DNA of 64,000 bases from an uncultured bacterium (GCA_949296425.1 CASFPN010000024.1:7071-71070), one strand, 5' to 3'; positions 35,523 to 47,159 are shown, numbered from the stretch's first letter. Made by a program: numbers and translations. Notes: generated by a model not told the origin, from the sequence alone.

Positions 35523-37293
35523 AAGCTTCCTGAGGAACTTCAACTCTGCCGATAGATTTCATACGTTTTTTACCTTTCTTTTGTTTTTCAAGAAGCTTTC
35601 GTTTACGAGAAATATCTCCGCCATAACATTTATCAAGAACATTTTTGCGCATGGCTTTTATATTGGTTCTTGCAATGACCCTGCCGCCAATTGCAGCCTG
35701 CACGGGAACTTCAAAAAGCTGACGCGGAATTATATCCTTAAGTTTTGCGGTCAGTTTCTGACCTATATAAAAAGCACTGTCCTCATGACATATAACTGAT
35801 AAAGCATCAACTACTTCGCCCGCAAGCATTATATCAAGCTTAACAAGTTTGGAACGTTTGTAGTCTTTAAATTCGTAATCCATACTTGCATAACCTTTTG
35901 TACGGGATTTAAGCTGATCATAAAAATCCGTAATTACTTCACTCAACGGAATTTCATATTCAAGAGCTGCCCGCACTTTGTCTATGTATGACATGTTAAT
36001 AAATATACCGCGTTTTGTCTGGGCTAAATCCATAAGAGTTCCGACATAATCATTCGGTGCAATAATCTGAACTTTCACGTAAGGTTCTTCAATATACTCA
36101 CGATATTGTGCCGGGGGAAGATTTGCAGGGTTGTCAATTTCAACAACTTCTCCGTTTGTTTTATGGACTTTATAAACAACTGACGGAGCCGTTGTAACAA
36201 GTGAAAGCCCGTATTCACGCTCCAAACGCTCCTGTGCAATTTCCATGTGCAGCATCCCGAGAAAACCGCAGCGAAAACCAAATCCCAAAGCACTTGATGT
36301 TTCAGGTTCAAACGTAATACTGCTGTCATTAAGCTTTAATTTTTCCAGAGCTTCTTTCAAATCAGCATAATCATCATTGTCGACCGGATAAAGTCCTGAA
36401 AATACCATAGGTAAAGCTTCTTTATACCCTGGCAAAGGTTCTTTTGCAGAATTGTCAACGGTTGTAAGAGTATCACCCACGAATCTTGTCAATTCTTTTA
36501 TTGATCCGGCAAAATATCCTACATCACCACATACAAGCTCATTTACCTGAACTCTTGCAGGAGTCTGATACCCCAGTTCCACAACGTCATATTCTTTACC
36601 TGAGGCCATAAATTTAACCTTATCACCAAGCTTAATTTTACCGTCCATAATTTTAAAGAAACAAAGTGTTCCCAAATACTGGTCATACGCACTGTCAAAC
36701 ACAAGTGCCCTTAACGGCTTGTCAGAATTGTCCTCGGGCGGCGGAATTAAATCAACAATAGCCTCCAGAACCCCATCGATTCCTATACCTGCTTTTGCAC
36801 TCACAGGAATTGCAAGAGAAGCGTCAATACCCAGAACTTCTTCTATCTCGTCTTTAACACGTTCGACATCAGCGGAAGGAAGGTCTATTTTGTTTATTAC
36901 AGGAATAATTTCCAAATTCTGCTCGATTGCAAGATACACATTAGCAAGTGTCTGAGCTTCCACTCCCTGGGTAGCATCGACAATAAGCAGTGCACCCTCG
37001 CATGCAGCCAGAGAACGTGAAACTTCATAGGAAAAATCAACATGCCCGGGGGTATCAATTAAATTAAGTTCATATTCTTTTCCGTTTTGAGCTTTATACT
37101 TCATTCGGGCAGAATTGAGCTTAATAGTAATTCCCCGCTCGCGTTCAATATCCATGGAATCCATAATTTGATTTTGCATATCACGTTGTGCTACCGTTCC
37201 GGTTTTTTCAAGCAAACGGTCTGCAAGAGTTGACTTTCCGTGATCAATGTGGGCAATTATACAAAAATTTCTTACGTTTTCTCTGTACTTCAT
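35491..37293 (-). CDS. lepA: Elongation factor 4
   Basis: [49 protein letters not shown]. Confidence 0.99.
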   Translation of the reverse strand: MKYRENVRNFCIIAHIDHGKSTLADRLLEKTGTVAQRDMQNQIMDSMDIERERGITIKLNSARMKYKAQNGKEYELNLIDTPGHVDFSYEVSRSLAACEGALLIVDATQGVEAQTLANVYLAIEQNLEIIPVINKIDLPSADVERVKDEIEEVLGIDASLAIPVSAKAGIGIDGVLEAIVDLIPPPEDNSDKPLRALVFDSAYDQYLGTLCFFKIMDGKIKLGDKVKFMASGKEYDVVELGYQTPARVQVNELVCGDVGYFAGSIKELTRFVGDTLTTVDNSAKEPLPGYKEALPMVFSGLYPVDNDDYADLKEALEKLKLNDSSITFEPETSSALGFGFRCGFLGMLHMEIAQERLEREYGLSLVTTAPSVVYKVHKTNGEVVEIDNPANLPPAQYREYIEEPYVKVQIIAPNDYVGTLMDLAQTKRGIFINMSYIDKVRAALEYEIPLSEVITDFYDQLKSRTKGYASMDYEFKDYKRSKLVKLDIMLAGEVVDALSVICHEDSAFYIGQKLTAKLKDIIPRQLFEVPVQAAIGGRVIARTNIKAMRKNVLDKCYGGDISRKRKLLEKQKKGKKRMKSIGRVEVPQEAFMAVLSLDEE

Positions 37294-37324
37294 AATTTAT
37301 ATTATATGAGAAAAACATTGAACA

Positions 37325-38758
37325 TCAACCCTGAAGATTAACAGGCAGAGTAAACGTAACGGTTGTGGTTTCATTTTGAATACTTTCAAAGTTAATTGTG
37401 CCGCCGTGCGCATCTATTATCTGTTTTGAAATATACAAACCCAAACCAGCATTAACACTTTTTTGCTCCTCACAGTATGTTGTAAATTTGTCAAAAACAT
37501 TGCCAACCTTATTTATATCAAGCCCCACTCCTCGGTTTGTAACGGAAAATATTAAATTATCAGATGCATTTGTAACAACTACTTTTATTTTTTCATTTTT
37601 AAAACTGTATTTTATACCATTAGTCAAAATATTATGAACCACCCGCTTAATTTCATCATAATCAAAATATATATTATCAATGTGTGTTTTATAAGAAACA
37701 TTTATCAAAAGATTTTTCTCAAAAGCAATGTACTTAACTTCATCACAACAATCACAAACCAGCTTTTTAAAGGAGTTTAAGGACTTTGTTATAACAACTT
37801 TTCCGTTATCGCCTTTATATTTTTCAAGAATATTTGCAACAAGATTCTGAAGATATTTTGTGGAATTAATTACATCAGTTAAAATTTCCTTTTGATCGTC
37901 ATTCATGTTATCTCCGTAAAGGCTTGTCATAAGCTTTAAAGCGCCAAGTTCAGCCTGAACAGGCCCTTTCATATCATGTATAACCATCGCGAGATATGAA
38001 TCCTTTGATCTGGAAAGTTTTTCAATGTCATTATGAGACTTTAAAAGGCTGTAAATCTGGGATTGTACTACCTTTACATCAAACGGTTTTTCAATATAAG
38101 CGCATGAGCCGAGATCAAAACTTTTAACCTTATGCTCTCTGTCTGAAAGTGCAGATATAAATATAATCGGTACGTTTGCATTCAATTTTGTCTTTTGAAT
38201 AATTTCGGCAAGCTCAAATCCGGACATTTCAGGCATCATAATATCAAGCAGAAACAAATCCATTTTTTCAACTTCAACAATTTTAGCCGCCTCTTTAGGT
38301 TTTTGAAACACAAAAAGCTTCAACCCCAAATCAGCAAGAGTTTCCTGTAAAAGTTCAGTATTTAAAGGATTATCGTCAACAATCATAACCTTTAAACCTC
38401 TGATTGCCTTATATTTATTTTTCTCGTTCCTTGAAAGCTTAAGGGCAAAATTTTTTTTAATATCATCACCGAAAATTTCTTCCAAAACTTCGTCTTTCAA
38501 AGGATATTGCACAATATTTTTAATACCGCACATATTTGCGGCCATAATATTATCTCTTGATATTTTTTTGCAGGCAAGCCAGATTTCAAGATCAGGGTAT
38601 GACTTGCAGACTTTTTTAATTTTGTTTATATCTTTAAAATCCGTTTTTATAATACAAAGTCTTTTATTTGAAAGACCCTTTACACCTTTAAGCTCTCTAA
38701 CATCATTAACATAAACTACATCTTGACACACTTGTGTAGGAAACGGATTTTTCATCAC
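37325..38758 (-). CDS. Hybrid receiver + histidine kinase
   Basis: MIVDD, LLDIMMP, FISA receiver; IHDMKGP H-box; NILTNGIKY, GLGLYISK. Confidence 0.88.
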   Translation of the reverse strand: MMKNPFPTQVCQDVVYVNDVRELKGVKGLSNKRLCIIKTDFKDINKIKKVCKSYPDLEIWLACKKISRDNIMAANMCGIKNIVQYPLKDEVLEEIFGDDIKKNFALKLSRNEKNKYKAIRGLKVMIVDDNPLNTELLQETLADLGLKLFVFQKPKEAAKIVEVEKMDLFLLDIMMPEMSGFELAEIIQKTKLNANVPIIFISALSDREHKVKSFDLGSCAYIEKPFDVKVVQSQIYSLLKSHNDIEKLSRSKDSYLAMVIHDMKGPVQAELGALKLMTSLYGDNMNDDQKEILTDVINSTKYLQNLVANILEKYKGDNGKVVITKSLNSFKKLVCDCCDEVKYIAFEKNLLINVSYKTHIDNIYFDYDEIKRVVHNILTNGIKYSFKNEKIKVVVTNASDNLIFSVTNRGVGLDINKVGNVFDKFTTYCEEQKSVNAGLGLYISKQIIDAHGGTINFESIQNETTTVTFTLPVNLQG

Positions 38759-38848
38759 AATATGAATATTAATTATAAAAATGTTATAATCAATTACCCT
38801 TATAGGTATATTTTTGATAAAAAATTTTGTTAATGTTAATATTTTATT

Positions 38849-40729
38849 ATGGCAAACACTATCGAAGAATTAGTTACCCAGATTAAAGACCGTCTTGATA
38901 TAGTCGATGTTGTATCCAAAGAAGTCATACTGAAAAAAAGCGGAAGCCACTATTGGGGCTGCTGTCCGTTTCACAAAGAGAAAACTCCCTCTTTTTCGGT
39001 TAACCCCAATTTGGGTTTCTTTAAATGTTTTGGCTGCGGGGCAGGCGGAGATGCGCTTACTTTCATAATGAAAACCCAGAATAAAGAATTTATAGAAGTT
39101 GTAAGAGAACTGGCCGAACAATTCGGGCTTGAAATGCCTAAAAACTTTAAAAGAAGCGAATCTAAAGGGCTGAAAGAACAAATGATTAATGCCTGTACAA
39201 AAGCCGCCCAATTTTACAACCTCAGACTATTAAAAGACAAAGACCCATCCACTGCAAAAGTTTTGGACTATCTGCAAAACAGAGGGATTACAAAAGATAT
39301 TATAGAAAAATTCACCCTTGGCCTTGCCCCGAAATCTTATGAAACATTTTACAGAAAATTTAAAGATGAATTTTCCGAAGAAGTTATGGAAAAAGCCGGA
39401 TTGATAATAAAAAATCGCGAAGGCGACTACATGGACAGGTTCAGAAACCGTGTTATCATACCTATTCAAAACGAATTCGGAGAATATGTAGCCTTTGGTG
39501 CCCGTGCAATTGAAAAAGACCAGCAGCCCAAATACCTCAATTCATCAGATTCTTTGATATATAACAAAAGTAAGCTGCTTTACGGGCTTTATACTGCAAA
39601 AGATGCGATAAAACATGAAGACAGCGTAATTTTGATGGAAGGATATTTTGATGTTATATCCGCTCAGGCTCATGGAATTGAAAATGCTGTGGCTTCCTGC
39701 GGCACCTCTTTGACAGCTGACCATATTAAACTCCTTTCAAGGTACACGCCGTCAAGAAGGATTTATCTGTCATTTGACACAGATGCCGCAGGGCAAAAAG
39801 CCACAAACAGAAATGCTGATCTCATCAAAGAAGCTTTCATGGGACTTGGTAACATAAAACAGTTTGACGAAAGCTATATTTCAACAACAGATGATAAATA
39901 TTCCTGTGAAATTAGAGTAATAGCCCCGCCGGAAGGCAAAGACCCCGATGAATTTATCCGCTCCACAGGTGCCCAAAGCTACAGGGAATACATGAAACAT
40001 GCTCCCCTGCTTCTTGACTTTCAAATTAACAACATAATGAAAGAAAAACCCCGCACACCCGTTGAAAAAACAAAAACAGTCAAAGAAATTATCCCACTTT
40101 TAAAAGAAATTAAAAACGAAATTATTCAATCCGAATACATAAGAATGATCGCAGATACACTTAACATTGATTCAAATGCACTTATGCGCGAAATCAAAAA
40201 GGCACAAAGTTTTGAGCGTGAAAAAAATGAAAATATAGAAAAAATTGTTAAGAAAAATATACCAATTTCAGAAAAAGCGCAAAAAAATTTATTGAGCGTT
40301 TTTCTTGTAACCGACAATCATTTTTCGTTTGAAGAAATCAAACAAATGATGGACGGAACCCCGTTTACGGATCAAACGTTAATAAATGTAAAATCTACAA
40401 TTGACAAATTAACATGTACCGTAAATAATGTGAAAGAATTGATTGAACAGCTATATACAGCGTTCGTCGAAAAACCGGAAGTACAGAATATTATAACAGA
40501 TTTAATAACAACTTCCGAAACTTTTCAAAATCTTGATGATAAGGATTTTATAACGGCAATCAAAGAAAATATAAACAAAATCAATGAATGCCAAAAACGT
40601 AAAGAACAGGAACAAATCAGAAATTTATATAAAAGCGCAAATGATAATGACACAGAAGCCCTTAAAATTCAAATGCAGCTTAGAGATAAGATAAATAACA
40701 GATTAAAATCGGAGAAAATGAATGAGTAA
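38849..40729 (+). CDS. dnaG: DNA primase
   Basis: [19 protein letters not shown] Zn finger; PKYLNS; EGYFDV; FDTDAAG; KDPDE. Confidence 0.98.
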   Translation: MANTIEELVTQIKDRLDIVDVVSKEVILKKSGSHYWGCCPFHKEKTPSFSVNPNLGFFKCFGCGAGGDALTFIMKTQNKEFIEVVRELAEQFGLEMPKNFKRSESKGLKEQMINACTKAAQFYNLRLLKDKDPSTAKVLDYLQNRGITKDIIEKFTLGLAPKSYETFYRKFKDEFSEEVMEKAGLIIKNREGDYMDRFRNRVIIPIQNEFGEYVAFGARAIEKDQQPKYLNSSDSLIYNKSKLLYGLYTAKDAIKHEDSVILMEGYFDVISAQAHGIENAVASCGTSLTADHIKLLSRYTPSRRIYLSFDTDAAGQKATNRNADLIKEAFMGLGNIKQFDESYISTTDDKYSCEIRVIAPPEGKDPDEFIRSTGAQSYREYMKHAPLLLDFQINNIMKEKPRTPVEKTKTVKEIIPLLKEIKNEIIQSEYIRMIADTLNIDSNALMREIKKAQSFEREKNENIEKIVKKNIPISEKAQKNLLSVFLVTDNHFSFEEIKQMMDGTPFTDQTLINVKSTIDKLTCTVNNVKELIEQLYTAFVEKPEVQNIITDLITTSETFQNLDDKDFITAIKENINKINECQKRKEQEQIRNLYKSANDNDTEALKIQMQLRDKINNRLKSEKMNE

Positions 40730-41822
40730 AAAAAGACAATCTAACTCCTCTATTGTCAGCATTATGGAAGAAGACAATATTGACCTCAATAATATTGATG
40801 ATGAATCAGTTCTAGCAGCCGAAGCCGATAATGTCAATTATATGAATATGGATATCAGCACCGATAATATCGAAGATATTGTTACGGAAAAAATCGGGAA
40901 AAAGGTTAACCTTGAAGATATCTACATGACAAACAACAACGACGACGAAAACGACAACAGTCTTGAAGTGCCAAAAGGCATAGCCGTAGATGACCCTGTC
41001 AGATTGTACTTAAGAGAAATCGGAAGAATTAAGCTTCTTTCCGCTAACGAAGAAATAGAACTTGCAAGAAAAATACTTGAAGGCGGAACCCCCGGAGCAA
41101 TCGCAAAAAGAAAACTTGTTCAGGCAAATTTGCGCTTAGTTGTCAGTATTGCAAAAAAATACGTCGGCCGCGGAATGCTTTTCTTAGATTTGATTCAGGA
41201 AGGCAACCTGGGTTTAATCCGTGCTGCCGAAAAATTTGACCATGAAAGAGGTTTCAAATTCTCAACTTATGCAACATGGTGGATAAGACAGGCCATTACA
41301 AGAGCAATTGCCGATCAGGCAAGAACAATACGTATACCTGTCCACATGGTTGAAACAATTAACAAACTCAAAAAAGTTACAAGACGTCTTGCTCAGGAAC
41401 TTTCGAGAAAGCCGACCGAAGATGAACTTGCAATTGAAATGAATGTTTCTATCCCGAAACTTCGCGAAATCATTAAAATTGCTCAAGAACCTCTGTCTTT
41501 GGAAACACCTATCGGTAAAGAAGAAGATTCAAGATTAGGCGACTTTATTGAAGACAAAGAAGCTGATGCTCCTATTAAAACCGTTGCATCGGAACTTTTG
41601 AGAGAAGATCTTGCAGAAGTTTTGTGCACTCTCTCACCGAGAGAACGCGATGTTTTAAGACTTCGTTTTGGGATGGATGACGGACGCCAGAGAACGTTAG
41701 AAGAAGTCGGACAATTATTCGGCGTAACACGTGAACGTATCAGGCAAATTGAAGCAAAAGCTTTAAGAAAACTGCGTCACCCCAACCGCAGCAAACGTTT
41801 AAGAGAATACGTAGAATCATAA
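40722..41822 (+). CDS. rpoD: Primary sigma factor
   Basis: [44 protein letters not shown]. Confidence 0.97.
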   Translation: MSKKRQSNSSIVSIMEEDNIDLNNIDDESVLAAEADNVNYMNMDISTDNIEDIVTEKIGKKVNLEDIYMTNNNDDENDNSLEVPKGIAVDDPVRLYLREIGRIKLLSANEEIELARKILEGGTPGAIAKRKLVQANLRLVVSIAKKYVGRGMLFLDLIQEGNLGLIRAAEKFDHERGFKFSTYATWWIRQAITRAIADQARTIRIPVHMVETINKLKKVTRRLAQELSRKPTEDELAIEMNVSIPKLREIIKIAQEPLSLETPIGKEEDSRLGDFIEDKEADAPIKTVASELLREDLAEVLCTLSPRERDVLRLRFGMDDGRQRTLEEVGQLFGVTRERIRQIEAKALRKLRHPNRSKRLREYVES

Positions 41823-41824
41823 TA

Positions 41825-41855
41825 AAAAAACGCTCCATTTTAAGGAGCGTTTTTT
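41825..41855 (+). terminator. Intrinsic terminator
   Basis: AAAAAACGCTCC/GGAGCGTTTTTT. Confidence 0.85.
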
Positions 41856-41936
41856 ATATAAACCTTTAACAAAATTTTATTAATTATATTTCCTTATTTA
41901 CAAAAAATATACTTTTGTTTATAATCTGTATAGTTT

Positions 41937-42725
41937 ATGATAAAAAAAATGAATATTATTTTTATAACAATACTAATCTGTATAATAACCGTGTGTGTTT
42001 GGTCGGTTTTTATCGAACCAAATATCCTCACGGTAAAGCATATTACAATAAAAGACCCTGCTTTGAAGGGGTTAAAAATCGTTTTTGCAAGTGATTTTCA
42101 TATAAAACCCCATGAAATGTACAGACTCAAACGAACAGTAAGAGCAATAAACAGACAAAATGCGGATATAATTTTACTTGGCGGAGATTACGTAAACGGA
42201 CATAAAAAAGGATCTTCAATGAAGATTGAAAAAATATCCGAACAATTTTCGCATTTACAATCAAAGCTGGGCGTGTATGCTGTGATTGGCAATCATGACG
42301 GCTGGCAGGGCAAAGAAGAAATTATATCGGAACTTGAAAAAAATAATATAAATATCCTTTTCAACAATAATAAATGCTTTGAAAAATTTTGTATAGCCGG
42401 CGTTGATGATATGCAAACAGGCACTCCTGACATAATACAAGCCTTATCAGGAACAAAAAAACCTGTTATACTGTTGTCGCACACACCAGATATAATGACA
42501 GATGTACCGGAGTCGGTAAATCTTACCCTTGCCGGACATCTTCACGGCGGTCAGATTAGACTAAATGAAGCCATTATCACACCGTCAATTTACGGAAAAA
42601 AATACGCCAACGGATTTCTAAACGACGGCGGTAAAAAAGTTTATACAACAAAGGGGCTCGGAACAAGTATTTTACCTGTTAGATTTAATTGTCCTCCAGA
42701 AATAGCCGTAATTACGTTTGACTAA
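41937..42725 (+). CDS. Metallophosphoesterase (YkuE-like)
   Basis: SDFH, GGDY, GNHD, SHTPD and AGHLHGGQ motifs; N-terminal TM. Confidence 0.92.
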   Translation: MIKKMNIIFITILICIITVCVWSVFIEPNILTVKHITIKDPALKGLKIVFASDFHIKPHEMYRLKRTVRAINRQNADIILLGGDYVNGHKKGSSMKIEKISEQFSHLQSKLGVYAVIGNHDGWQGKEEIISELEKNNINILFNNNKCFEKFCIAGVDDMQTGTPDIIQALSGTKKPVILLSHTPDIMTDVPESVNLTLAGHLHGGQIRLNEAIITPSIYGKKYANGFLNDGGKKVYTTKGLGTSILPVRFNCPPEIAVITFD

Positions 42726-42937
42726 TCAAAATCCAAAAGTTCTTTTAAATTAACCCCCAAAACATCTGCAATAATTTTTAACTTTGAAAGAGTAATATCT
42801 GTTTTTGCTGTTTCAACCATTGCTATAGTTGAGCGGGAAATTCCTTCCACATCAAGAAAATCATCCTGTTTTATATTTTTCTCTTTTCTGATTTTTTTCA
42901 AATGTCTGGCAAATTTTTGCAGATATTCATTATCCAT
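42722..42937 (-). CDS. XRE-family HTH regulator
   Basis: Likely start MDNEYLQKF at 42937; LKKIRKEKNIKQ...ISRSTIAMVET...ITLS.L. Confidence 0.85.
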   Translation of the reverse strand: MDNEYLQKFARHLKKIRKEKNIKQDDFLDVEGISRSTIAMVETAKTDITLSKLKIIADVLGVNLKELLDFD

Positions 42938-43084
42938 ATAGTTATTATCAACCATATTGACAGATGTGAAAATCAGCCATATTGACATTTGTTTGCGCAT
43001 ATTTTTAATTTTATTTCCATTTTTTGTTGATTTTTTAAAAATTATATTGTATAATTTATTTGTCGAAAACAAGAGGTTAAAAAT

Positions 43085-43240
43085 ATGGAAAAAAATCAAA
43101 CAAAAGAATTAATGACATCTATTGAAATTACGCGCGAAAGCATTAAAAATTCTATGGATGTAATGATTGAAAGCTACACGGAAGCCTTCTGCAGACTGAA
43201 TTTAATGACTTACATACTGCAAAATGAACAAAAAAAATAA
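43085..43240 (+). CDS. Small hypothetical protein (51 aa), missing from the ORF track
   Basis: AGAGG RBS, TTGATT-17-TATAAT promoter (43027-43055); MEKNQTKELMTSIEITRESIKNSMDVMIESYTEAFCRLNLMTYILQNEQKK. Confidence 0.55.
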   Translation: MEKNQTKELMTSIEITRESIKNSMDVMIESYTEAFCRLNLMTYILQNEQKK

Positions 43241-43407
43241 AAATATTTGCTCATAATGTGGCATTTTTAAAGAATTATGTTATCATAATAATAAAAGTAT
43301 CTTTAAACCGGCTCAAAAAAAATAAGGAAACTTTTTTTGATAAACTACATCTTAATAAATAAGTTGTACAACAAAAAGGTTAAAGGTATGGAGGAAACAA
43401 TTTAAGA

Positions 43408-44631
43408 ATGAGAAACATTATGAAAAAAAGCATTATATTTTTTGGAGCATTTCTGTTCCTTTCAGGCTGGGTTATCAGAGATAACGTGTTTGCATACACT
43501 CCCATCGATTTGTATGACAATGTGTGGAGATTAATAAATACAAAATTTGTTGATCAGTCAAACAACTCACAAAACTGGGCAAAATGGCGCCACAAATATG
43601 ACAATCAGATTAAAACAAATGAAGACGCATATGTAGCTATTAACACAATGGTTGCAAGCTTAAATGACCCTTACACAAAATTTCTCGACCCGAAAGAATT
43701 TGCGGAAGAAACAAGTTCAATCAAAGGTTCATTAAAAGGTATCGGGATTCAAATTGCGGTTAAAGACGGAAAATTAATGGTAATTGCACCTATTGAAGAC
43801 ACTCCGGCTGAAAAAGCAGGATTAAAAGCCGACGATGAAATTCTGGAAATCGACGGAGTCAGTACAAAAGGGATTACCGTTGACAAAGCTGCAGATAAAA
43901 TCAGAGGTAAAGAAGGAACACAGGTTACACTGCTTGTAAAACGTGCGGGTTCGGAACCGAAATCATATACAATTACACGTGAGGAAATTGAAGTAAAATC
44001 AATATCGCAAAAAATTCCGACTGAAAACATAAAAATTCCTGATGACTTATGCTATATCAGACTGAGTTCTTTTATCAGCAGAAACGCAACAACGGAATTC
44101 GGAACAATTTTAAACAACAACAGGGATAAAAAAGGGTTCATTATTGACCTGCGTTCAAACCCGGGCGGACTTTTAACAAACGCTATATATATCTCAGACA
44201 TGTTTCTTGACGGCGGGACAATCGTCAGCACTGTTGACAGAGACGGCTATAAAGAAACCCAGAGAGCAACTGCAGGGGTTTATACAAACAAACCTGTAGT
44301 AGTACTTATAAACAAAGGTTCTGCTTCTGCATCCGAAATCTTTTCAGGTGCAATGAAGGACAACCACAGAGCAATAATTATCGGTGAACAATCGTTCGGT
44401 AAAGGTCTTGTTCAGGAAATAAATAAACTGCCTTATGAATCCGGTATTAATATTACAATCCAAAAATATCTGACTCCGAACGGAACGGATATTAACAAAA
44501 AAGGAATTACTCCGGATATTGAAGTAAAATTAACAGAAGAAGACGTAAAAAATAAAAACGATGTTCAATTGAAAAAAGCAATTGAAGTGTTGAGCAAAAT
44601 GACTAACGGTCAGGAAATTGCAGCTCAATAG
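43408..44631 (+). CDS. ctpA: C-terminal processing protease (S41, PDZ)
   Basis: LNDPYT, GIGI PDZ, DLRSNPGGLL, GSASASEIF, SFGKGLVQ. Confidence 0.93.
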   Translation: MRNIMKKSIIFFGAFLFLSGWVIRDNVFAYTPIDLYDNVWRLINTKFVDQSNNSQNWAKWRHKYDNQIKTNEDAYVAINTMVASLNDPYTKFLDPKEFAEETSSIKGSLKGIGIQIAVKDGKLMVIAPIEDTPAEKAGLKADDEILEIDGVSTKGITVDKAADKIRGKEGTQVTLLVKRAGSEPKSYTITREEIEVKSISQKIPTENIKIPDDLCYIRLSSFISRNATTEFGTILNNNRDKKGFIIDLRSNPGGLLTNAIYISDMFLDGGTIVSTVDRDGYKETQRATAGVYTNKPVVVLINKGSASASEIFSGAMKDNHRAIIIGEQSFGKGLVQEINKLPYESGINITIQKYLTPNGTDINKKGITPDIEVKLTEEDVKNKNDVQLKKAIEVLSKMTNGQEIAAQ

Positions 44632-44646
44632 AAATAAAATATATTA

Positions 44647-44687
44647 ATAAAAAAATACCTGTTTTAATAAAACAGGTATTTTTTTAT
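44647..44687 (+). terminator. Intrinsic terminator
   Basis: ATAAAAAAATACCTGTTTT and its inverted copy. Confidence 0.8.
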
Positions 44688-44701
44688 TGTAAAATATTCT
44701 T

Positions 44702-45211
44702 ATGAACAAAAACATAATCCTTATAGGCATGATGGGCAGCGGGAAAACAACTATCAGTAAAGAGCTTTATAATGAACTGCCTGAATATTCACTTATTGAT
44801 ATTGACAGCGAAATTGAAAAAAGTACGCAAAAAAAGATTTCTGAAATCTTTCTAAAACACGGTGAACCTTTTTTCAGAATGCTTGAAGCTGACAAAATAA
44901 AAAAATTCTGTACCGGAAATAACAAAATAATAAGTGCAGGCGGAGGGGCTTTTGAAAATGAGGATAACCGCAAAATTATGCTTGCAAATGGTGTTGTAAT
45001 TTATCTCAAAGCAACGACCGAAGAAATTTTTAACAGGATTAAAAACGAAACCCACAGGCCGCTTTTAAAACGAAATTTTTCGCTTGAAAAAATTGAAACT
45101 ATAATGAAAAACAGGGAAAAAAACTACAGAAAAGCAAATTACACAATTGACACCACAGGAAAAACTCCCTATAATATCGTCAAAGAAATTCTCGGAGTCA
45201 TAAATGATTGA
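44702..45211 (+). CDS. aroK: Shikimate kinase
   Basis: LIGMMGSGKTT, GEPFFR, GGGA, RPLL. Confidence 0.95.
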   Translation: MNKNIILIGMMGSGKTTISKELYNELPEYSLIDIDSEIEKSTQKKISEIFLKHGEPFFRMLEADKIKKFCTGNNKIISAGGGAFENEDNRKIMLANGVVIYLKATTEEIFNRIKNETHRPLLKRNFSLEKIETIMKNREKNYRKANYTIDTTGKTPYNIVKEILGVIND

Positions 45212-46271
45212 ACTTTGCGTAAATATTAAATCACAAAACAAAAATTATCCGATTTATATAGAAAATCAAAACGCTTTCGCATTAAAAGAAAAACTTATAA
45301 AATTTTTAGAGGGGAAAAATTTTCTTGTTGTAATATCTGAAAAAGTTGAAAAACTTTACGGGAAAGAACTCGGATTTGATAAATCAATAAAATTTATATT
45401 AAAAGACGGGGAAAAAGAAAAAAACTTTAAAAATTACAAAAAAATCCTTGAAAAAGCTTTGAAAATGAAACTTACCCGCCATGACGCAATTGTCGCAATC
45501 GGCGGAGGGGTAGTCGGGGATATAGCAGGTTTTGCGGCTTCCACATATATGAGAGGAATTGAGTATATTCAGGTTCCGACGACTCTTTTAGCCTGTACAG
45601 ACAGTTCTGTAGGTGGAAAAACCGCTATTGATACACAATACGGAAAAAATCTTATCGGAGCTTTTTATCAGCCTGATGCTGTTTTTATCAACCCAAAATT
45701 TCTTAAAACTCTTGATGAAAGGCAGTTTAAAAGCGGATTAGGTGAAGTTGTAAAATATTCTTTTATTGAAAAAAGCTGTAAGTGCGACGAAGATTTGAAT
45801 CTGACAAATTTTTTGAGCGAAAAAACAACAGATATTCTAAACAGGGACGAAAAAACTCTTTCAAAACTCATAGAAATTTGCGTTAAACTGAAAATATCTG
45901 TTGTTGAAAAAGATGAAAAAGAAAGCGGCTTAAGAAAAATTCTGAATTTCGGCCACACATACGGCCATGCTGTTGAAAAAATTACTAATTATAAAAAATA
46001 TACACACGGAGAAGCTGTTGTTGAAGGTATAAAATTTGCATTTAACCTGGCTGTTAAAAGGAATTTGATAGACAAGAATTACAAATTTTTTGCGGATGAT
46101 GTAATAAAAAAATTCAGATTCCGCGAAATTTCACAGTTTAATATGGAAAAAATGGTTGAATTAATGCAAATGGATAAAAAAGCAACATCAAAGAATGTCG
46201 TCTTTATTCTTCCGACAGACTATTCAACCGTAGATGAATTCCAGCTTTCGCCCGATGAAATCATTTGTTAA
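45204..46271 (+). CDS. aroB: 3-dehydroquinate synthase
   Basis: DGEKEK, GGGVVGD, PTTLLA.DSSVGGKT, LNFGHTYGHA, HGEAV. Confidence 0.96.
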   Translation: MIELCVNIKSQNKNYPIYIENQNAFALKEKLIKFLEGKNFLVVISEKVEKLYGKELGFDKSIKFILKDGEKEKNFKNYKKILEKALKMKLTRHDAIVAIGGGVVGDIAGFAASTYMRGIEYIQVPTTLLACTDSSVGGKTAIDTQYGKNLIGAFYQPDAVFINPKFLKTLDERQFKSGLGEVVKYSFIEKSCKCDEDLNLTNFLSEKTTDILNRDEKTLSKLIEICVKLKISVVEKDEKESGLRKILNFGHTYGHAVEKITNYKKYTHGEAVVEGIKFAFNLAVKRNLIDKNYKFFADDVIKKFRFREISQFNMEKMVELMQMDKKATSKNVVFILPTDYSTVDEFQLSPDEIIC

Positions 46272-46275
46272 CTTG

Positions 46276-47105
46276 TTATGGAAGGCTTTCCCAGTAACCT
46301 TTTGTTTCATCATCGGGATTTTTGTCAATAACAGCATAATGAGCACAGCCAAAGCCGTTTGCCGACTGATTTGAATAAATAGAACAAGGATAACCGGCTA
46401 TTTCTGGATATTCTATATTTCCGTTTTCCAATTCATCATCCGTATAATGACGTGTTTGCTCAAACGGTTTAAGAATGTCATTTTCATCTATATAAAAGAA
46501 AAATATATCATGCCCGAGTAGGTTCGGCCTTTTAGCACCGTTTATATCAACTGTGAGAATTATATAATAACCGTTAATTGTTACCTCAAAGCACATACCG
46601 TTTGCAAGTGCTTTTTCAGGCTCGGTACTGCCTGAGTATAAAACATTTGCTTGTGCAGATTTGTTGTAATTCAGTGTTTTATTTTTATAATTGCATTCTC
46701 CAATTACTTTTAGTTTAGAATATTTATAAAATTTTTCGTAAAATTCATCAGCCTTTGGATATTTACCTGTACTTTGATCATATATTGTATAAATTGCTCT
46801 TAAATCTCCGCCTTCTTCTTGACGCAGATTCATAACCCCCTGGCTAAGAATAGAAAAAGCTGCTTTAAAAGCTGTTCCAAGCTGCTTATTTTGAATTTTA
46901 TTTATCAAGACCGGCATTGTCATCGCCGCAACCACACCTATAATACCGAGAGTGATTAAAACTTCAGCTAACGTGAATGCGTATTTACGTTGACAGACCG
47001 GCAGGTCTACGTGCGCAGCATCTCCAGTCTTCCTGCAGTCTTTGCATCCTGCGGAGCCTAAAGTGCCCCCCCCCCGAAGATCTGATTTCCTAATATCTTG
47101 TTCAT
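46276..47105 (-). CDS. Type IV pilin-like protein with long leader, frameshifted at a poly-G tract (putative phase-variable, OFF)
   Basis: AAGGAG RBS and ATG 47105; G10 tract from codon 11 gives MNKILGNQIFGGGAL-stop; 11 G joins YA|FTLAEVLITLGIIG; VDINGAKRPN..G.DIF. Confidence 0.82.
47066..47075 (-). repeat. Poly-G tract (10 nt)
   Basis: Ten C at 47066-47075 on the plus strand. Confidence 0.97.
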
Positions 47106-47130
47106 ATACAGCTCCTTTCTTCGTTTTTTA

Positions 47131-47159
47131 ATTATAACAAAAATTAGGCTAAATTTCAA
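47131..47159 (-). promoter_or_regulatory. sigma70 promoter of the poly-G pilin gene
   Basis: TTGAAA-17-TATAAT with a TG extension. Confidence 0.7.

Noticed and set aside
42991-43018. dif-like site (GTTTGCGCATA resembles a XerC arm)
   Set aside because: No TTATGTTAAA-like XerD arm at 6-bp spacing, and the window appears origin-proximal.
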